Origin: Eledone cirrhosa | Lineage: Eukaryota | Length of the DNA stretch: 64,000 nt | Assembly: GCA_964016885.1 (NCBI GenBank) | Contig: OZ024749.1 | Location: 23,746,001-23,810,000, forward strand | Direction of reading: 5' to 3' | Shown: positions 31,221 through 46,713 of the stretch, piece after piece | Numbering within the stretch: the stretch's first letter is position 1 | Layout: each line of letters starts with the position of its first letter | Program-made: the position numbers and the translations under genes | Notes under the pieces: model-generated | The model's input: only the letters and a program-made list of their open reading frames with translations | Database searches by the model: none | What the model was told of the DNA's origin: nothing

Positions 31221-31748
31221 TAAGCTTTCATTACGTTTATTAATTGGTGACGCGCGTTTCGCTATTGATCAACTCAAGGTTCGATCTGTATCTATCTGGC
31301 CTGAATCTTAAATCAAAAGCTCTGACCTCTGCTGTTGTATATTACCCTCTGTTTAGCACTACACATCGCCACTGACGTGAATCTAAACATCGAATGCTCA
31401 CCTGGGTGAACGTACTCTGAATTCATGTAACGCTCCCTGGATAAATAAATATATATATATATATAAATGGTATATTTCTTTAAGTCGTTTTGGAAGCCTC
31501 GACAATGCAGATGGGTAAATCTCCGGGTAACAAGATCCGGTGGTGGAGAGAGAGATGTAAGTGAGTGTACGTTGAGATGTGTAGCCTGTAGAAGAATGTA
31601 GCGTGTAGAAGAATGTAGGAAAGAGCGTAAAGGATAAAAATAAAAACACGAGATAGAGTTACCTTGGGAGAGATTTAATTGTCCCTATATATTTCGGATT
31701 CACATCCATCAACTGGGTTTTGTTCCGGAGGGGGGAGGTTGTCTGTCG

Positions 31749-31785
<37 letters not shown>

Positions 31786-32152
31786 CTTGTATATATGCTT
31801 ACATTGGGGTTTACGTATGTAGAACTTGGTAAAGACTATCGAAGCTCTAGGCTAATCAGTTTCTATGATCCAGCTGTAATCTAAAATGTCTGAGGTTGTT
31901 TTCGGCCGTTGTAGATTCTGCTGAAGATTAGGTGACCATCTAAAAAAAATCCATTGGGTTTTGTTTGAATTGAGTTGACTATCTCTATCTCAACTTCTTA
32001 AATGTAGGTAAATGTACGATTATATTTGAAACTTACTGTATTTTGAAACTAAATGCCATATATTTAAAATATTATATACTAGATGTATAACGTTTTCGAA
32101 ATTCAATTATCTAATATAAAAATTACTGTAAATAACATAAACCCACATACAG

Positions 32153-32202
<50 letters not shown>

Positions 32203-32337
32203 TTATATTTATATATATATATATTTAAATATATATATATATAAATTTATGTATTTATTTATATATAAATATGGTAATAATAATAAATTTGAAGAATGAA
32301 ATCCATATATATATGTATAAACAAATAAATAAATAAA

Positions 32338-32372
<35 letters not shown>

Positions 32373-32412
32373 TTATATATATATAAATATATATACATAT
32401 ATATATATATAA

Positions 32413-32539
<127 letters not shown>

Positions 32540-33051
32540 CACATATATATATATGAAAGACATTTCAATTATCAAAGAAACACAGTTGTAGTAGATGTAC
32601 ATTTTTATCTCAATTTCCAATCTTGACATGAAACTAAAGATGGCATACAGTATACAGTGAAGATAGTAAGAAGAATATTACATTTGTTATGCTTTACAAA
32701 CAGATCTAAAGGAACAAAGATATATAAAGTTTTAAATAATTGAAATATATGCTATGCATGATGCGTCATTGTTTTAGCGTATAAGAGGTTTGTTGACGTA
32801 ATACGTATAATAAAGTTTCTTTCAAATCATATCTATTTGATCATTTTACAATAATTCACAGCAATTACTATTTCGTTTATTTCATTTTAAATTCGAGATA
32901 ATTATATTTTATATTCCGCGTTACACCACGCACACTCACACACACACACACATAGATATATCTATACAAATATATATATAAATATTCGCGCGTAATCGCA
33001 AACACACCTTACGCAAAAGTACACACTCTCACATACAGATATATATTTATC

Positions 33052-33181
<130 letters not shown>

Positions 33182-33200
33182 AAAATATATATGTACATAC

Positions 33201-33235
<35 letters not shown>

Positions 33236-33684
33236 AGTAGGTGTACACATACATATATACATATATACACACACAATATTTACGCATATACACAAACACA
33301 CATGCACACAAACAGACGCAGCTATGTACAAAAGAACTATATCCACATTCTCAGAGATATACAGATGCAATAATTTTTGTTTGATAACAATGTTAATTAA
33401 TAATTAGATGTAATTGTAATTGTCAATTTAATTTACAGTCATTCAGTTTTCATCAGTAGATTAAGCAACATGGTATTTCGAATCATATATGTGTTGGCTG
33501 CTATGTTTAGGAAGGTGACGGTCCGACCATTTTACATCCAACACATGTGGACACAGAGAGGATAGGGGCATAAAGTATGATATCACATCTTATCTTAGGG
33601 TCACTATTATTACTTCATAAAAACACACACACTCACTCCCATTCACATCCACAGACACTCTCTCTCTCTCAAACACACACGCAC

Positions 33685-34375
<691 letters not shown>

Positions 34376-34442
34376 GAAGAGAGAAGAAACATTTAGATAT
34401 AATTAGTAATAAAATGTATCATACCTAAACTGTTCCTAAATT

Positions 34443-34528
34443 CCTCGACTACGTAGTTTCGTGGCATAAACAAAAACAATATATCAAAGATATAGAGTCC
34501 TTGCGAGGTCTGCCGACTTATCAAGAGG
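34443..34528 (-). ncRNA. Hammerhead with long helix II, core decayed (TTGATAA)
   Basis: cctc-TTGATAA-gtcggca..tgccac-GAAA-ctacgta-GTC-gagg. Helix I is cctc/gagg; helix III is palindromic ACTACGTAGT. Confidence 0.6.
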
Positions 34529-34676
34529 ATACCTCATTTTACTAGTCTCAAGAACGCGTCTACACGACGTGAGAAAGAATCCCAAAAGGCGGAGGGGGAG
34601 ATAGTCACGCGATATAACGGTCGAGAAACAGAGCTAAGCCTCTTATAACCACGAAGAAAATACCAACGTGTGTTTC

Positions 34677-35650
<974 letters not shown>

Positions 35651-35741
35651 CAACACTTCTGGCTTAGTTCGGATCTAGCTCTGGAAACGCTCAGAGCCTA
35701 GCCGTCAGGGTCCTAACTCCTTTCCTATATATATATATATA

Positions 35742-36503
35742 TAAAGAATTAGTGTATCTACCAACATATATATACAGATGAATACCTATGCTAGCAAATA
35801 TATAGGTTTTGCCTTAGTAACTTTGAGGTTCAATGCAAGGGGGTGCAGAACAATTATATGAAAGACGTAAAATAAGAAAATTATAAAAATTAACTTACTT
35901 ACTAAAATTCGACTCCAACTAATTAGTTTCTGAAAGGGAATAAACATGGTTTCCGAATGGAGCCATGGAGAAAATCCTTTCGTCACCAGGAAGTCTATTC
36001 TCAGCTAAGTTCCCACGCAATGCGTGGACACGGGGAACTTGTACAAAAATAGTTCAATGGATGGAAAAAAGCAAGCGAGGACTAAATTCCAGAACATTGA
36101 AAAAATCACTGCCTACTTGGTCGGTGGCAAATTCAAAAGAATCAATCACGTGACATTGAGGTTAATCAGTGAGGAGTGGGGTGCTAATAAGACAGGAGCC
36201 TGACTAATACTATGAACCATAGTAGTAGTTTTGTCAACTTTTTGCTCAACAAAATAATTTGGAGATAATTATAAAGAATTAGTATATCTACCAACATATA
36301 TATACAGATGCATACCTATGCTAGCAAATATATAGGTTTTGTCTTAGTAACTGTGTGGTTCAATGCAAGGGGATGCAGGACAATTATATGAAATACGTAA
36401 AATAAGAAAATTATAAAAATTAACTTACTTACTAAAATTTCACTCCAACTAATTAGTTTCTGAAAGGGAATAAACATCATTTTTATAATTTTCTTATTTT
36501 ATG

Positions 36504-36510
<7 letters not shown>
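35742..36510 (-). mobile_element. Family E element: partial tandem direct repeat plus a short inverted tail
   Basis: 35742-35948 is repeated at 36272-36478, then inverted at 36479-36510. Homologous to 63010-63620 and 36595-37275. Confidence 0.75.
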
Positions 36511-36594
<84 letters not shown>

Positions 36595-36597
<3 letters not shown>

Positions 36598-37268
36598 TTT
36601 AATATATCTACTAACATAAGCGCACAGATGTACGCTAATGCCAGCAAATACACAGGTTATGTCATAGTACCTAGGTGGTTCAATGCAGGAGAATGCAGAA
36701 CAATAATATATAAGACGTAAAAAAGAAAATTTCTTAAAAAAAATAAAAAAATAAAAATTAACTAACTTACTTCAATTTTCACTCCAACTAATTAGTTTCT
36801 GCAATGGGATAAAGACAGTTACGTAATGAACTGTTGAGAATTTCATTGCGTCATCAGGGAGGTCATTCCCAGCCGAGTCTCCATGCGATGCGCGGACACT
36901 GGGGACTCATATAAAAATAATAATAATTCGGCAACTGGAACAGCTATCGAGGACTGGATTCCAGCCACTGAAAATTCTCACTGCCACTGATCATATGGCC
37001 GATTCTAAAGAATCAATCACGTGACAAGTCCTCGATAGCTGTTCCAGTTGCCGAATTATTATTATTTTTATATGAGTCCCCAGTGTCCGCGCATCGCCTG
37101 GAGACTCGGCTGGGAATGACCTCCCTGATGACGCAATGAAATTCTCAACAGTTCATTACGTAACTGTCTTTATCCCATTGCAGAAACTAATTAGTTGGAG
37201 TGAAAATTTAAGTAAGTAAGTAAATTTTAAAAAAAAAAATTTTTTTAAGAAACTTTCTTATTTTACGT

Positions 37269-37275
<7 letters not shown>
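36595..37275. mobile_element. Family E diverged subfamily, fold-back
   Basis: ~36710-36955 is inverted at ~37030-37275. CTGATGA-cgcaatgaa..ttcattacg hairpin at ~37125-37160. Confidence 0.75.
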
Positions 37276-37322
<47 letters not shown>

Positions 37323-37681
37323 CATATATATACTAACCACATTAAAGATGCCATGTCTGAGAATATCAGAAACATGCGCCATATCACCTGTAGAAGCTCA
37401 CAGGTTCTAAGGAATAAATCTGAGCCTTTATTAACCTTAAATTAAACGTCCATTGACATATATATATAATAAACAACTCAAGTGTGTAGACAGACATAGT
37501 TACGGTGGTAACATTAACATTGAACGAGAACTTATAGTTGCCAGACAATAGGATGTGATCATAGATAGTTTTAAATCTTCTCGATACAATATTTAATATC
37601 AATAATTCACCTATTATTGGTGAAATATATTTCTTTAATTGAATATATACAAAGGAGATTAATCATTATTTAAGGTATTGA

Positions 37682-37965
37682 GGGTGGTGAATTGGCAGTA
37701 TCGGTAAAGGGTCGGACGCCATGCTTTGACGTATAGAGATACGGCCCTTGCCATTCTGAGTACGAATCCCGCCGAGGTTAACTTTGGCTTTCATCCTTAC
37801 GGGGTCGATACAATAAATTACCAGTAATACACTGGGTAATTGCTGGCCTTGTGCCAAAAGATGAAACAATTATTACATATAAACATAAGGCGGTGGATTG
37901 ACAGTATCGATAGAGAGTCAGCCACCATACTTTGCAGCATAGAGATTCGGTCCTTTACGGTCGCT
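37682..37965 (+). mobile_element. tRNA-derived SINE (37682-37874) plus a second 5' fragment (37890-37965)
   Basis: GGTGGTGAATTGGCAGTATCGG..GAGTACGAATCCCGCCGAGG..GGCCTTGTGCCAAAAG. Confidence 0.85.
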
Positions 37966-38072
37966 CCCACCGTTTGCTACTGCTGGACTTGAAAACAGTC
38001 GAGAGTATAGTTTTCTCGGGTGATTAATTTCATTTGCATATGAAGCTGCATAAGTTCGCTCAACTTATATTA

Positions 38073-38118
<46 letters not shown>

Positions 38119-38199
38119 GAAGTTCTATTTAAATTGTTGTGATAACAAGCAAATATTTTTATAACTGATATAAAGCACTCAACAAATTATTGGAGTAAA

Positions 38200-38545
38200 A
38201 ATACGATATAATAACAAATGGAAACCATATTTATAAAACCATATTTATTTCATTATACATATTTCAAGGACACCAAGTTAAATTATGGTGTGCTTTCATC
38301 AGATAAAATATAATATAGAGCAGTTTTATGAATAAATATTGACATACCCTTAAAGAATGCGACCGTTTAATATATTGTATATATATATATATACACAATA
38401 TATTAATAAATGGAAACTATATTTATAAAACCATATTTATTTTATTATACGTATTTCAAGGGCAACCAAGGCAAATCATGGTGCGCTTTCATCAGGGAAA
38501 ATACAGATTTGTTTTATAAATAAATATGACATACCCGAAAAAAAA
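38200..38545 (-). mobile_element. Two tandem family C units, each with a hammerhead (38246-38310 and 38438-38503)
   Basis: Direct repeats homologous to 14815-14960. The second has palindromic ATACGTAT in helix III. Confidence 0.85.
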
Positions 38546-38567
38546 CAACCTGGATATATATATATAT

Positions 38568-41266
38568 ACATGGTGGGAGCCAACTTATTTTCGAGTACGG
38601 CCACTACTTTATACCCATGTAGGAGAACCCCTACCGATGCGCTGAAGGATGTGTTGCTTTTTATTCCAGCCAGCGACTTGAAAACTCTGGTACAAACACT
38701 ACACTTGTGACAATTATTGACACCTACTGCTGGGCCCATGGCACCATGTGACCCAAAATGTCGTGTGAGATCACTACTCGACCTGCATACCCTCCCACAA
38801 ACATCACATGTTGTCATCTGATGAACACTTATAGCTCCACAGGTCCCTGTTTCACTGTTCTTGTCCACTCTCAGGTGACTCTTTAGACCAATTTACTCAG
38901 ACAAACCCTATTACAGGTCTCACATGTCAGGTCAGGCCGTCTGTCAGTGCCTTCAGGAAGGCCAACATGGATTCCTTTCCGGACATCTCTTTTTAGTGTC
39001 GCGTGCTTTCTTCTTGTTTTCTCAAATAGACTCTTGCCACTAGCCACTGCTTTCCTCCAACGCGATCGGTCGCTAGCGCATGCTTCACAATGCTCACAAG
39101 GGATGTTACTTTTCTTGAGCGCCCCCTTGATGCAGTCTTTAAAACGCATCTTGGGTTTGCTTGCGTTCCTTTTTCCCATTTGGAGCTCGCCATAAAGCAG
39201 CTGCTTCGGCATTCGCTTGTCATTCATCCCTTCAGAACCAAAGGATGAAGTCGGTGTAAGAGATTCTCTCCACCGTGCTTCAAGATCTCAGCATACAGCC
39301 CATCCAATCCAGGCGACTTCCCACCATTGAGTTTCCAGACAGCACTTTTAACCTTCTCGATCGTTGGAGGCTCAGCAAGGATTTCCTTTACTGGCTTATC
39401 CGGTATGGACCTGATAAACTCTTCGTCAACCTCTGAATCTCTATTGAGAAGCTCGTCAAAGTGTTCCTGCCATATCAACAGGATCATTGGGATCTCTAAG
39501 GAGCTGATTGCCATCCTTTGTTCTAAGAGACGCAACTGGTGATATAGGTGGTCCATACACTTCACGAAGAAGATTATTCATTGCCTTAACGTCCTTCACA
39601 TCCGACGCAAGTTGTATTTCATCGGCTTTGTCATTCCACCACTTATTCTTCATTTCACGCAATTTTCGTTGCACATCAGCTTTTGCCTTCTGCCGATCGG
39701 TGCTTAAATCACTACCAAGCAATGTGGAGTGGAGCATATGTTTCTCCTCCAAAGGCTTGTCTATAAGTTGTCATTTTGGTCAAACCAATCCTGATGCTTC
39801 TTATCTGTTAATCCAACAACATCAGCACATGCCTCATAAACTGCCCCCTTAAAGGTAGTCCAGTCCTTTCCGCACTCTAACGCATACATTTTCTTAACCA
39901 GTTTTTCACTGACTTCAGGATCCTTCAGACGGGCAGCGTTCAGCCGTTTCGGAAGTGATACCCCTCGCCGTTCTCCCTTTTACGAACTACACATCTTGTC
40001 CTTGCTCTCACCAGACGATGGTCGGTCCAACACTCTGCCCCACGCATCACACGAACACTGCACAGATCCTGTACATCCCGCCGCCTCACAAGGACATAAT
40101 CAAACAAGTGCCACTGTCTCGATCCAGGATGCATCCATGTTGCTTGTATTTGTCCTTCTGTTGGAACATAGTGCTGCCAATCAACAAGTCCAGCCCAGTG
40201 CACATTTGCAATAATAAGAGTCCATTGCCATTGCACTTTCCGACCGCATGCTTGCTCAGAGCTCTCAGGCTCTCACAATCACGGCACATGCGAGTATTAA
40301 AATCTCCAAGAATGAAAATGTTGTCTGCTATTGGCACTTTCCAGACAAGAGACCTTAAATCACATAAAAAGCCTGCTTTGCTACATCAATGCATTCCATA
40401 GTTGGTGCATAAGCACCAATCACGGTTGCATATCTTCAACCCTCTAGATGAACTCTCACAGTGATCAGTCTGTTACTAACTCCTGTCGGCAGCTCCTGAA
40501 AATGGTCTGTTATAACTGTTTTTATGGCAAAAGCGACACCAGCTTCCCTCCTTCCCTCCTTCCTTCCCCTCCAGAAAAACGTATATCCACCGGATTTCTC
40601 TGTGGATTGGCCCTCACCATGAAATCGAGTTTCTGAGAGGGCCACAACATCCATATCATAACGCCTGAGCTCCCTGGCAACCAATGCCGATTTTCTTTCA
40701 GGTCGCTGTACATTTGTTTCAACATCAAGGAAAGTACGCACATTCCAGCACCCAAAATTGAGTGGTTTGCACACAGTAGACCGAGAACGACCGGGGCCAG
40801 ACTGCAGCGCCCTGGGACACCTGCCGGGCCTCACGTGATGCTAATCCAGAGCCCTTATTGCCATTTACTTCAATTGTGTTAGGAACCTTCATTGTAATGT
40901 AGTTTGCATTTTTAGGCTACGGACAGCCAGAGTTCCACACCAAGATGACAAGAGCAGAGAGATCTCCAGATATAAAGCAATACCTGTGCCGTGAAGCTTT
41001 TATAGTGAGCAAAGGCACTGCACAAAGCCTGTCCCACTCTCTTAAACAAGATGATAGTTACCAAAAAGAAGAACAAGTCATCATCATTGGATACCATCAG
41101 TGTTGCAGGTGTTATATCAGAGTTTTCCTTCTCCTAGAATTCTGCCTTGACAAAGGCTAATGGATCATCTCTCCCGGTGATTTTGGAAGGCCATTGACTC
41201 TTAAGAGTTACTTTGCCCTTTGACAGGTTTTGTTTTTAGTCCAGCAGGATGTCCAAAGTTACCGAT
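38568..41266 (-). mobile_element. RTE-clade LINE with the RT core internally deleted and C-terminal C2H2 fingers
   Basis: GCWNVRT..ELRRYDMDVVALSETRF, ILGDFN, DYVLVR, WTDHRLV and KSPGLDGL, then a direct jump to MNDKRMPKQLLYGEL. CETC, CDVC and CSVC zinc fingers. Confidence 0.9.
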
Positions 41267-41301
41267 ATATATATATATACTTATATATACATACACAAAC
41301 A

Positions 41302-41400
<99 letters not shown>

Positions 41401-41820
41401 TGTTATACTTGGGGAGGGTCATATTGTTGTAATAATATTGCCAGAATTAATGACAGTACTGTTTGGTTGGTTTTCGCTTCTGTATCTTTTATATCAATTA
41501 ATTTAATTTATTCGGTCCTCAATGTTACCATTGACTGACAAACGGTAAAAAATACAGATATAATATAGTAATATAGACAAAAACACATATATATATAGCC
41601 TAACAAAGTTCTTGCGTTGCACATCTGCAACATCTCCAGTGGTGCTATTATGTTTCCTCCTTATGTCATCTTTATTTAGTCTGTAATATATTTGTTTCGA
41701 CAAACGGTTTCATATCAAAAGCCTCGCAAAACTATATATACATATATATACGTATGTGTATATGTATATATATATGTGTATATGTACATATATATATATA
41801 TATACATATATATATATTCG

Positions 41821-41857
<37 letters not shown>

Positions 41858-41879
41858 GTTTGTATACATGTATATATGT

Positions 41880-41931
<52 letters not shown>

Positions 41932-41970
41932 GTATATATATGCATATATATATGTATATATATATGTATG

Positions 41971-42031
<61 letters not shown>

Positions 42032-42320
42032 GTATGTATATACATATATATGTATGTATATATATATATATATACATATATATGTATGTATATATATATA
42101 GTTAAGTTGCTCCTTCCCGCATCGAATGACCGGCAAATTTGAAATTCCAACAGTTTTTGACTGAGGAAGTGTTATAGCGTCACTAAGCGGGAAGGGGAGA
42201 CAACTACGATCCACGAAAGGAGGAAAATATATATATATATATATATATACATACATAGATATACATACATATATACATATATATATATACGTAGATATAT
42301 AGATACATATGTATACATAC

Positions 42321-42371
<51 letters not shown>

Positions 42372-42424
42372 CATATATATACATATATATATATACATAT
42401 ATATATATATACATATATATATAC

Positions 42425-42508
<84 letters not shown>

Positions 42509-42578
42509 CTTAGAGTTTAGACTCAGAGAGGTCATTTACAATCATTTCAACTCTAGGAATTGCTTCTGAGCAGTATAA

Positions 42579-43086
42579 ATTAATATTTGATGAACATTTA
42601 CATGTTATAGTTGCAATTGACTAATAAGATCGCTAGAGTGAAAAATCTTAATTCAACAACATAAGGTCTGCCTGTACGATCTAGAAAATAATAAATCAAT
42701 ACTCACAGACTCATATGGGCAAAAAGCCTTGGTACCTAGACACGTTTAAAATTCAAAATACAAACTTTTTCCGCAGATCGGTCAAAACTTCAAACTTCAA
42801 ACATGTTTCACAAAGGATGGTATAATAGTAAAATAATTAACTAATTAGCAGTGACTTAATCAACTTTTTCTGTGTTTATCAATAGGCACCCAGATAAAAA
42901 TAAAATAACTCTACATCAGAAAAATATCTAAGGTCTGGTTAGCGTAGCGAAAATACACGAGGTTTTGAACACGAGGTTTCATTTTCTAGATCGTACAGGC
43001 AGACCTTATGTTGTTGAATTAAGATTTTTCACTCTAGCGATCTTATTAGTCAATTGCAACTATAACATGTAAATGTTCATCAAATA

Positions 43087-43091
<5 letters not shown>
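42579..43091. mobile_element. Fold-back element between (TA)n tracts (family L)
   Basis: Near-perfect 111-bp inverted arms 42579-42689 and 42981-43091. Confidence 0.8.
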
Positions 43092-43121
<30 letters not shown>

Positions 43122-43124
<3 letters not shown>

Positions 43125-43322
43125 GGAGGTGAGTTTTATTGTAGTACAATAAAGCAATGTTGATTTAAAACTGCACTAGCCACAAGTGTTTTTTAACCTT
43201 CATATCATGTCTTCCTATTTTATCTGATGAAAACACAAATATTATTGCATGATGATATTTGTTTTTGAAATGAGCATAATAAAATATATGGAACTCTTTT
43301 AACCATCTTTTGTTCTTATATA
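43122..43322 (+). mobile_element. Family B element with an internal inversion; hammerhead at 43216-43286
   Basis: 43122-43158 is the element end in reverse, joined to a plus-strand hammerhead segment. Confidence 0.8.
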
Positions 43323-43512
43323 TTATATATATATATATATATATACAATATCGGAGAAAGCTTTTTAGCGATACTCCGGCCAAATTCCAACTCACTCAAC
43401 AAACATTAGGAAATGAGTGATTATATTCCCAATTAAGCGTTCGGGGTGCTAACTAAAATTATTGCGTGGAAAATTGGCTGTATTATTTCATATGAGACAT
43501 ATCTATATATAT

Positions 43513-44084
43513 ATGATGGCTGCCCCCTCGTTTCCGAGTATGGCCATTGCTCGATATAACATTATTAATAAGTATTAATTAATTTTATCTTGCAATGCCT
43601 GTGCTTGGATATAGTGTTTAAAGTGTGTAATGACTGTGCACTGAGCCAATCCCACTCTCTGAGCGACAGTAGCTATAACCCGAAAAGAAGAATAAATCAA
43701 CATCATCGGTAACTACTGAGCCGCAGGTTTTATATCGGAGTTATCCCAGTTTCGGGAGTTGTCTTCTCCTAGAAGAATGCCCTGACAAACGCTAGAGGTC
43801 CTTCATCCAAGTGGTTTAACCGCGCGATCGGGTGTCCTGCACGACTATTTCCACGTCCCCACGCATATACATACACCTATACCCATGTATATACACATAT
43901 ACATCCATATGTACATGTGTATATACATATTTACACACTTTCGTATGACCGTTGACTCTTATGAGTTCCTCCGCCCCTTGTCAGCTTTTGCTTTCCTGTC
44001 CTGCAGCGTGTCCAAAACCACCCTCCTCATCAAGTAAACTTGGTGAGGTTGCCGGTTTCTTCGCCGACCACCCGACCATGCGAC
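43513..44084 (-). mobile_element. Non-autonomous RTE derivative (5' UTR joined to 3' end)
   Basis: 43685-43800 and 43950-44020 are homologous to the RTE 5' UTR (41065-41260). 43513-43550 resembles the RTE 3' end (38568-38606). Confidence 0.7.
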
Positions 44085-44156
44085 ATATATATATATATAT
44101 ATATATACATATATAAATATATATACATACTCATTTATATATATATACATATATAC

Positions 44157-44248
<92 letters not shown>

Positions 44249-44261
44249 ATATATATATATG

Positions 44262-44335
<74 letters not shown>

Positions 44336-44469
44336 AAAGTTAAACAAGTTTCAATGAATAAATCAAAGATTGAGTTTTACAATAGATTGGAAGCACTCAA
44401 CAATTGGTGGTGTTTTCCATTGAGTGAATCTTAACCATCTACTATGTCAGGGTATGCCATGCATCATCT

Positions 44470-44536
44470 TATTTTATCTGATGAAGGCGTACTGTTGAAC
44501 TTAACTCAGTACCTCTGAAATATGTATAATAAAATA
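44470..44536 (+). ncRNA. Hammerhead ribozyme, family D (duplicate at 45380-45446; decayed copy at 62357-62422)
   Basis: tattttat-CTGATGA-agg-c-gtactg..cagtac-ctct-GAAA-tatgt-ATA-ataaaata. Confidence 0.85.
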
Positions 44537-44576
44537 TACTTGATCACAAGAATATCTATTTTGTCAATATTTTGAA

Positions 44577-44627
<51 letters not shown>

Positions 44628-44798
44628 CGAACGAAATGTGTTAAGGAACCAGGTGGACCATAACGCACCAAAGTACTCAATACTTAGGGTAGTAGAGTGG
44701 GTAATAGGAACGAGTACAACCCCGACGGCTGAGCTCAAGCCGTTTCGACGGCTAATTGAATTAGCCGTCGAAATATATATATATATATATATATATAC

Positions 44799-44984
44799 AT
44801 AATTGTTGGTACGTTTGGCACAAGGCCAGCAATTCACCAGTGCATTACTGGTACTTTATTTTATCGACCCCCGTAAGGATGAATGGCAAAGTTAACCTCG
44901 GCGGGATTTGAACTCAGAATGTCAAAGGCCGTAACTCTATGCGTCAAAGCATGGCGTCCGACTCTCTACCGATACTGCCAATCC
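44799..44984 (-). mobile_element. tRNA-derived SINE (duplicate at 45695-45880)
   Basis: Same family as 28656-28838. Confidence 0.9.
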
Positions 44985-45090
44985 ATATATATATACATAA
45001 TACAATATAAAGAGGAGAAAACGTAGGTGATTGTGTTTTCATTACAGGATTTTTTTGTATTTTACTTCATATATATATACACATATATAT

Positions 45091-45180
<90 letters not shown>

Positions 45181-45193
45181 ATATATATATATG

Positions 45194-45245
<52 letters not shown>

Positions 45246-45486
45246 AAAGTTAAACAAGTTTCAATGAATATATCAAAGAATGAGTTTTACAATAGATTGG
45301 AAGCACTCAACAATTGGTGGTGTTTTCCATTGAGTGAATCTTAACCATCTACTATGTCAGGGTATGCCATGCATCATCTTATTTTATCTGATGAAGGCGT
45401 ACTGTTGAACTTAACTCAGTACCTCTGAAATATGTATAATAAAATATACTTGATCACAAGAATATCTATTTTGTCAATATTTTGAA

Positions 45487-45525
<39 letters not shown>

Positions 45526-45986
45526 CGAACGAAATGTGTTAAGGAACCAGGTGGACCATAACGCACCAAAGTACTCAATACTTAGGGTAGTAGAGTGGGT
45601 AATAGGAACGAGTACAACCCCGACGGCTGAGCTCAAGCCGTTTCGACGGCTAATTGAATTAGCCGTCGAAATATATATATATATATATATATACATAATT
45701 GTTGGTACGTTTGGCACAAGGCCAGCAATTCACCAGTGTATTACTGGTACTTTATTTTATCGACCCTCGTAAGGATGAATGGCAAAGTTAACCTCGGCGG
45801 GATTTGAACTCAGAATGTCAAAGGCCGTAACTCTATGCGTCAAAGCATGGCGTCCGACTCTCTACCTTTACTGCCAATCCATATATATATACATAATACA
45901 ATATAAAGAGGAGAAAACGTAGGTGATTGTGTTTTCATTACAGGATTTTTTTGTATTTTACTTCATATATATATACACATATATAT

Positions 45987-46112
<126 letters not shown>

Positions 46113-46372
46113 TCAGTTTTTCCGGCGTATTTTTTTTCTCCCCGGCGTATTTGCATCTAACAATTTCTGTTTTCTGTATATTAAATCCTTATGTTTTTTT
46201 AACTCCCTATTCTATCGTTCTATTTGTAGAATATTTCCGACACACACGCACACATACGCTAACACATGCATACATATACATATACACACTCAACAGCAGT
46301 CACAAATGCAGAAGACGAGCGCTCACGAGTATACACGTGCACACGTACTTACACACACTGATATATGTATAC

Positions 46373-46421
<49 letters not shown>

Positions 46422-46423
<2 letters not shown>

Positions 46424-46627
46424 AAAAAGTATGACCCCGACGGCAGAGCTCAAGCCGTTTCGATGGCTATTTCTGTACTGATTATATACTAGTCCAGAAA
46501 TAGCCGTCGAAACCACTTGAGCTCTGCCGTCGGGGTCATTCTTTTTCCTATTTCCCATTCTACTACCCTAAGTATTGAGTACAATGGTGCGTTATGGTCC
46601 ATCTGGTTGCTTGCCATAATTCCTTTG

Positions 46628-46630
<3 letters not shown>
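46422..46630 (+). mobile_element. Family F fold-back element
   Basis: Palindrome 46422-46547. Homologous to 11680-11861. Other F copies or fragments at ~24215-24340, ~35670-35727, 44627-44773, 45524-45671, 50720-50775 and 52191-52383. Confidence 0.8.

Positions 46631-46709
<79 letters not shown>

Positions 46710-46713
<4 letters not shown>

Noticed and set aside
31683-31717. Possible hammerhead (CAGTTGA-tgga..tcc-GAAA-tat-ATA-ggg) on the minus strand
   Set aside because: The core has multiple mismatches and there is a single copy; too degenerate to call.
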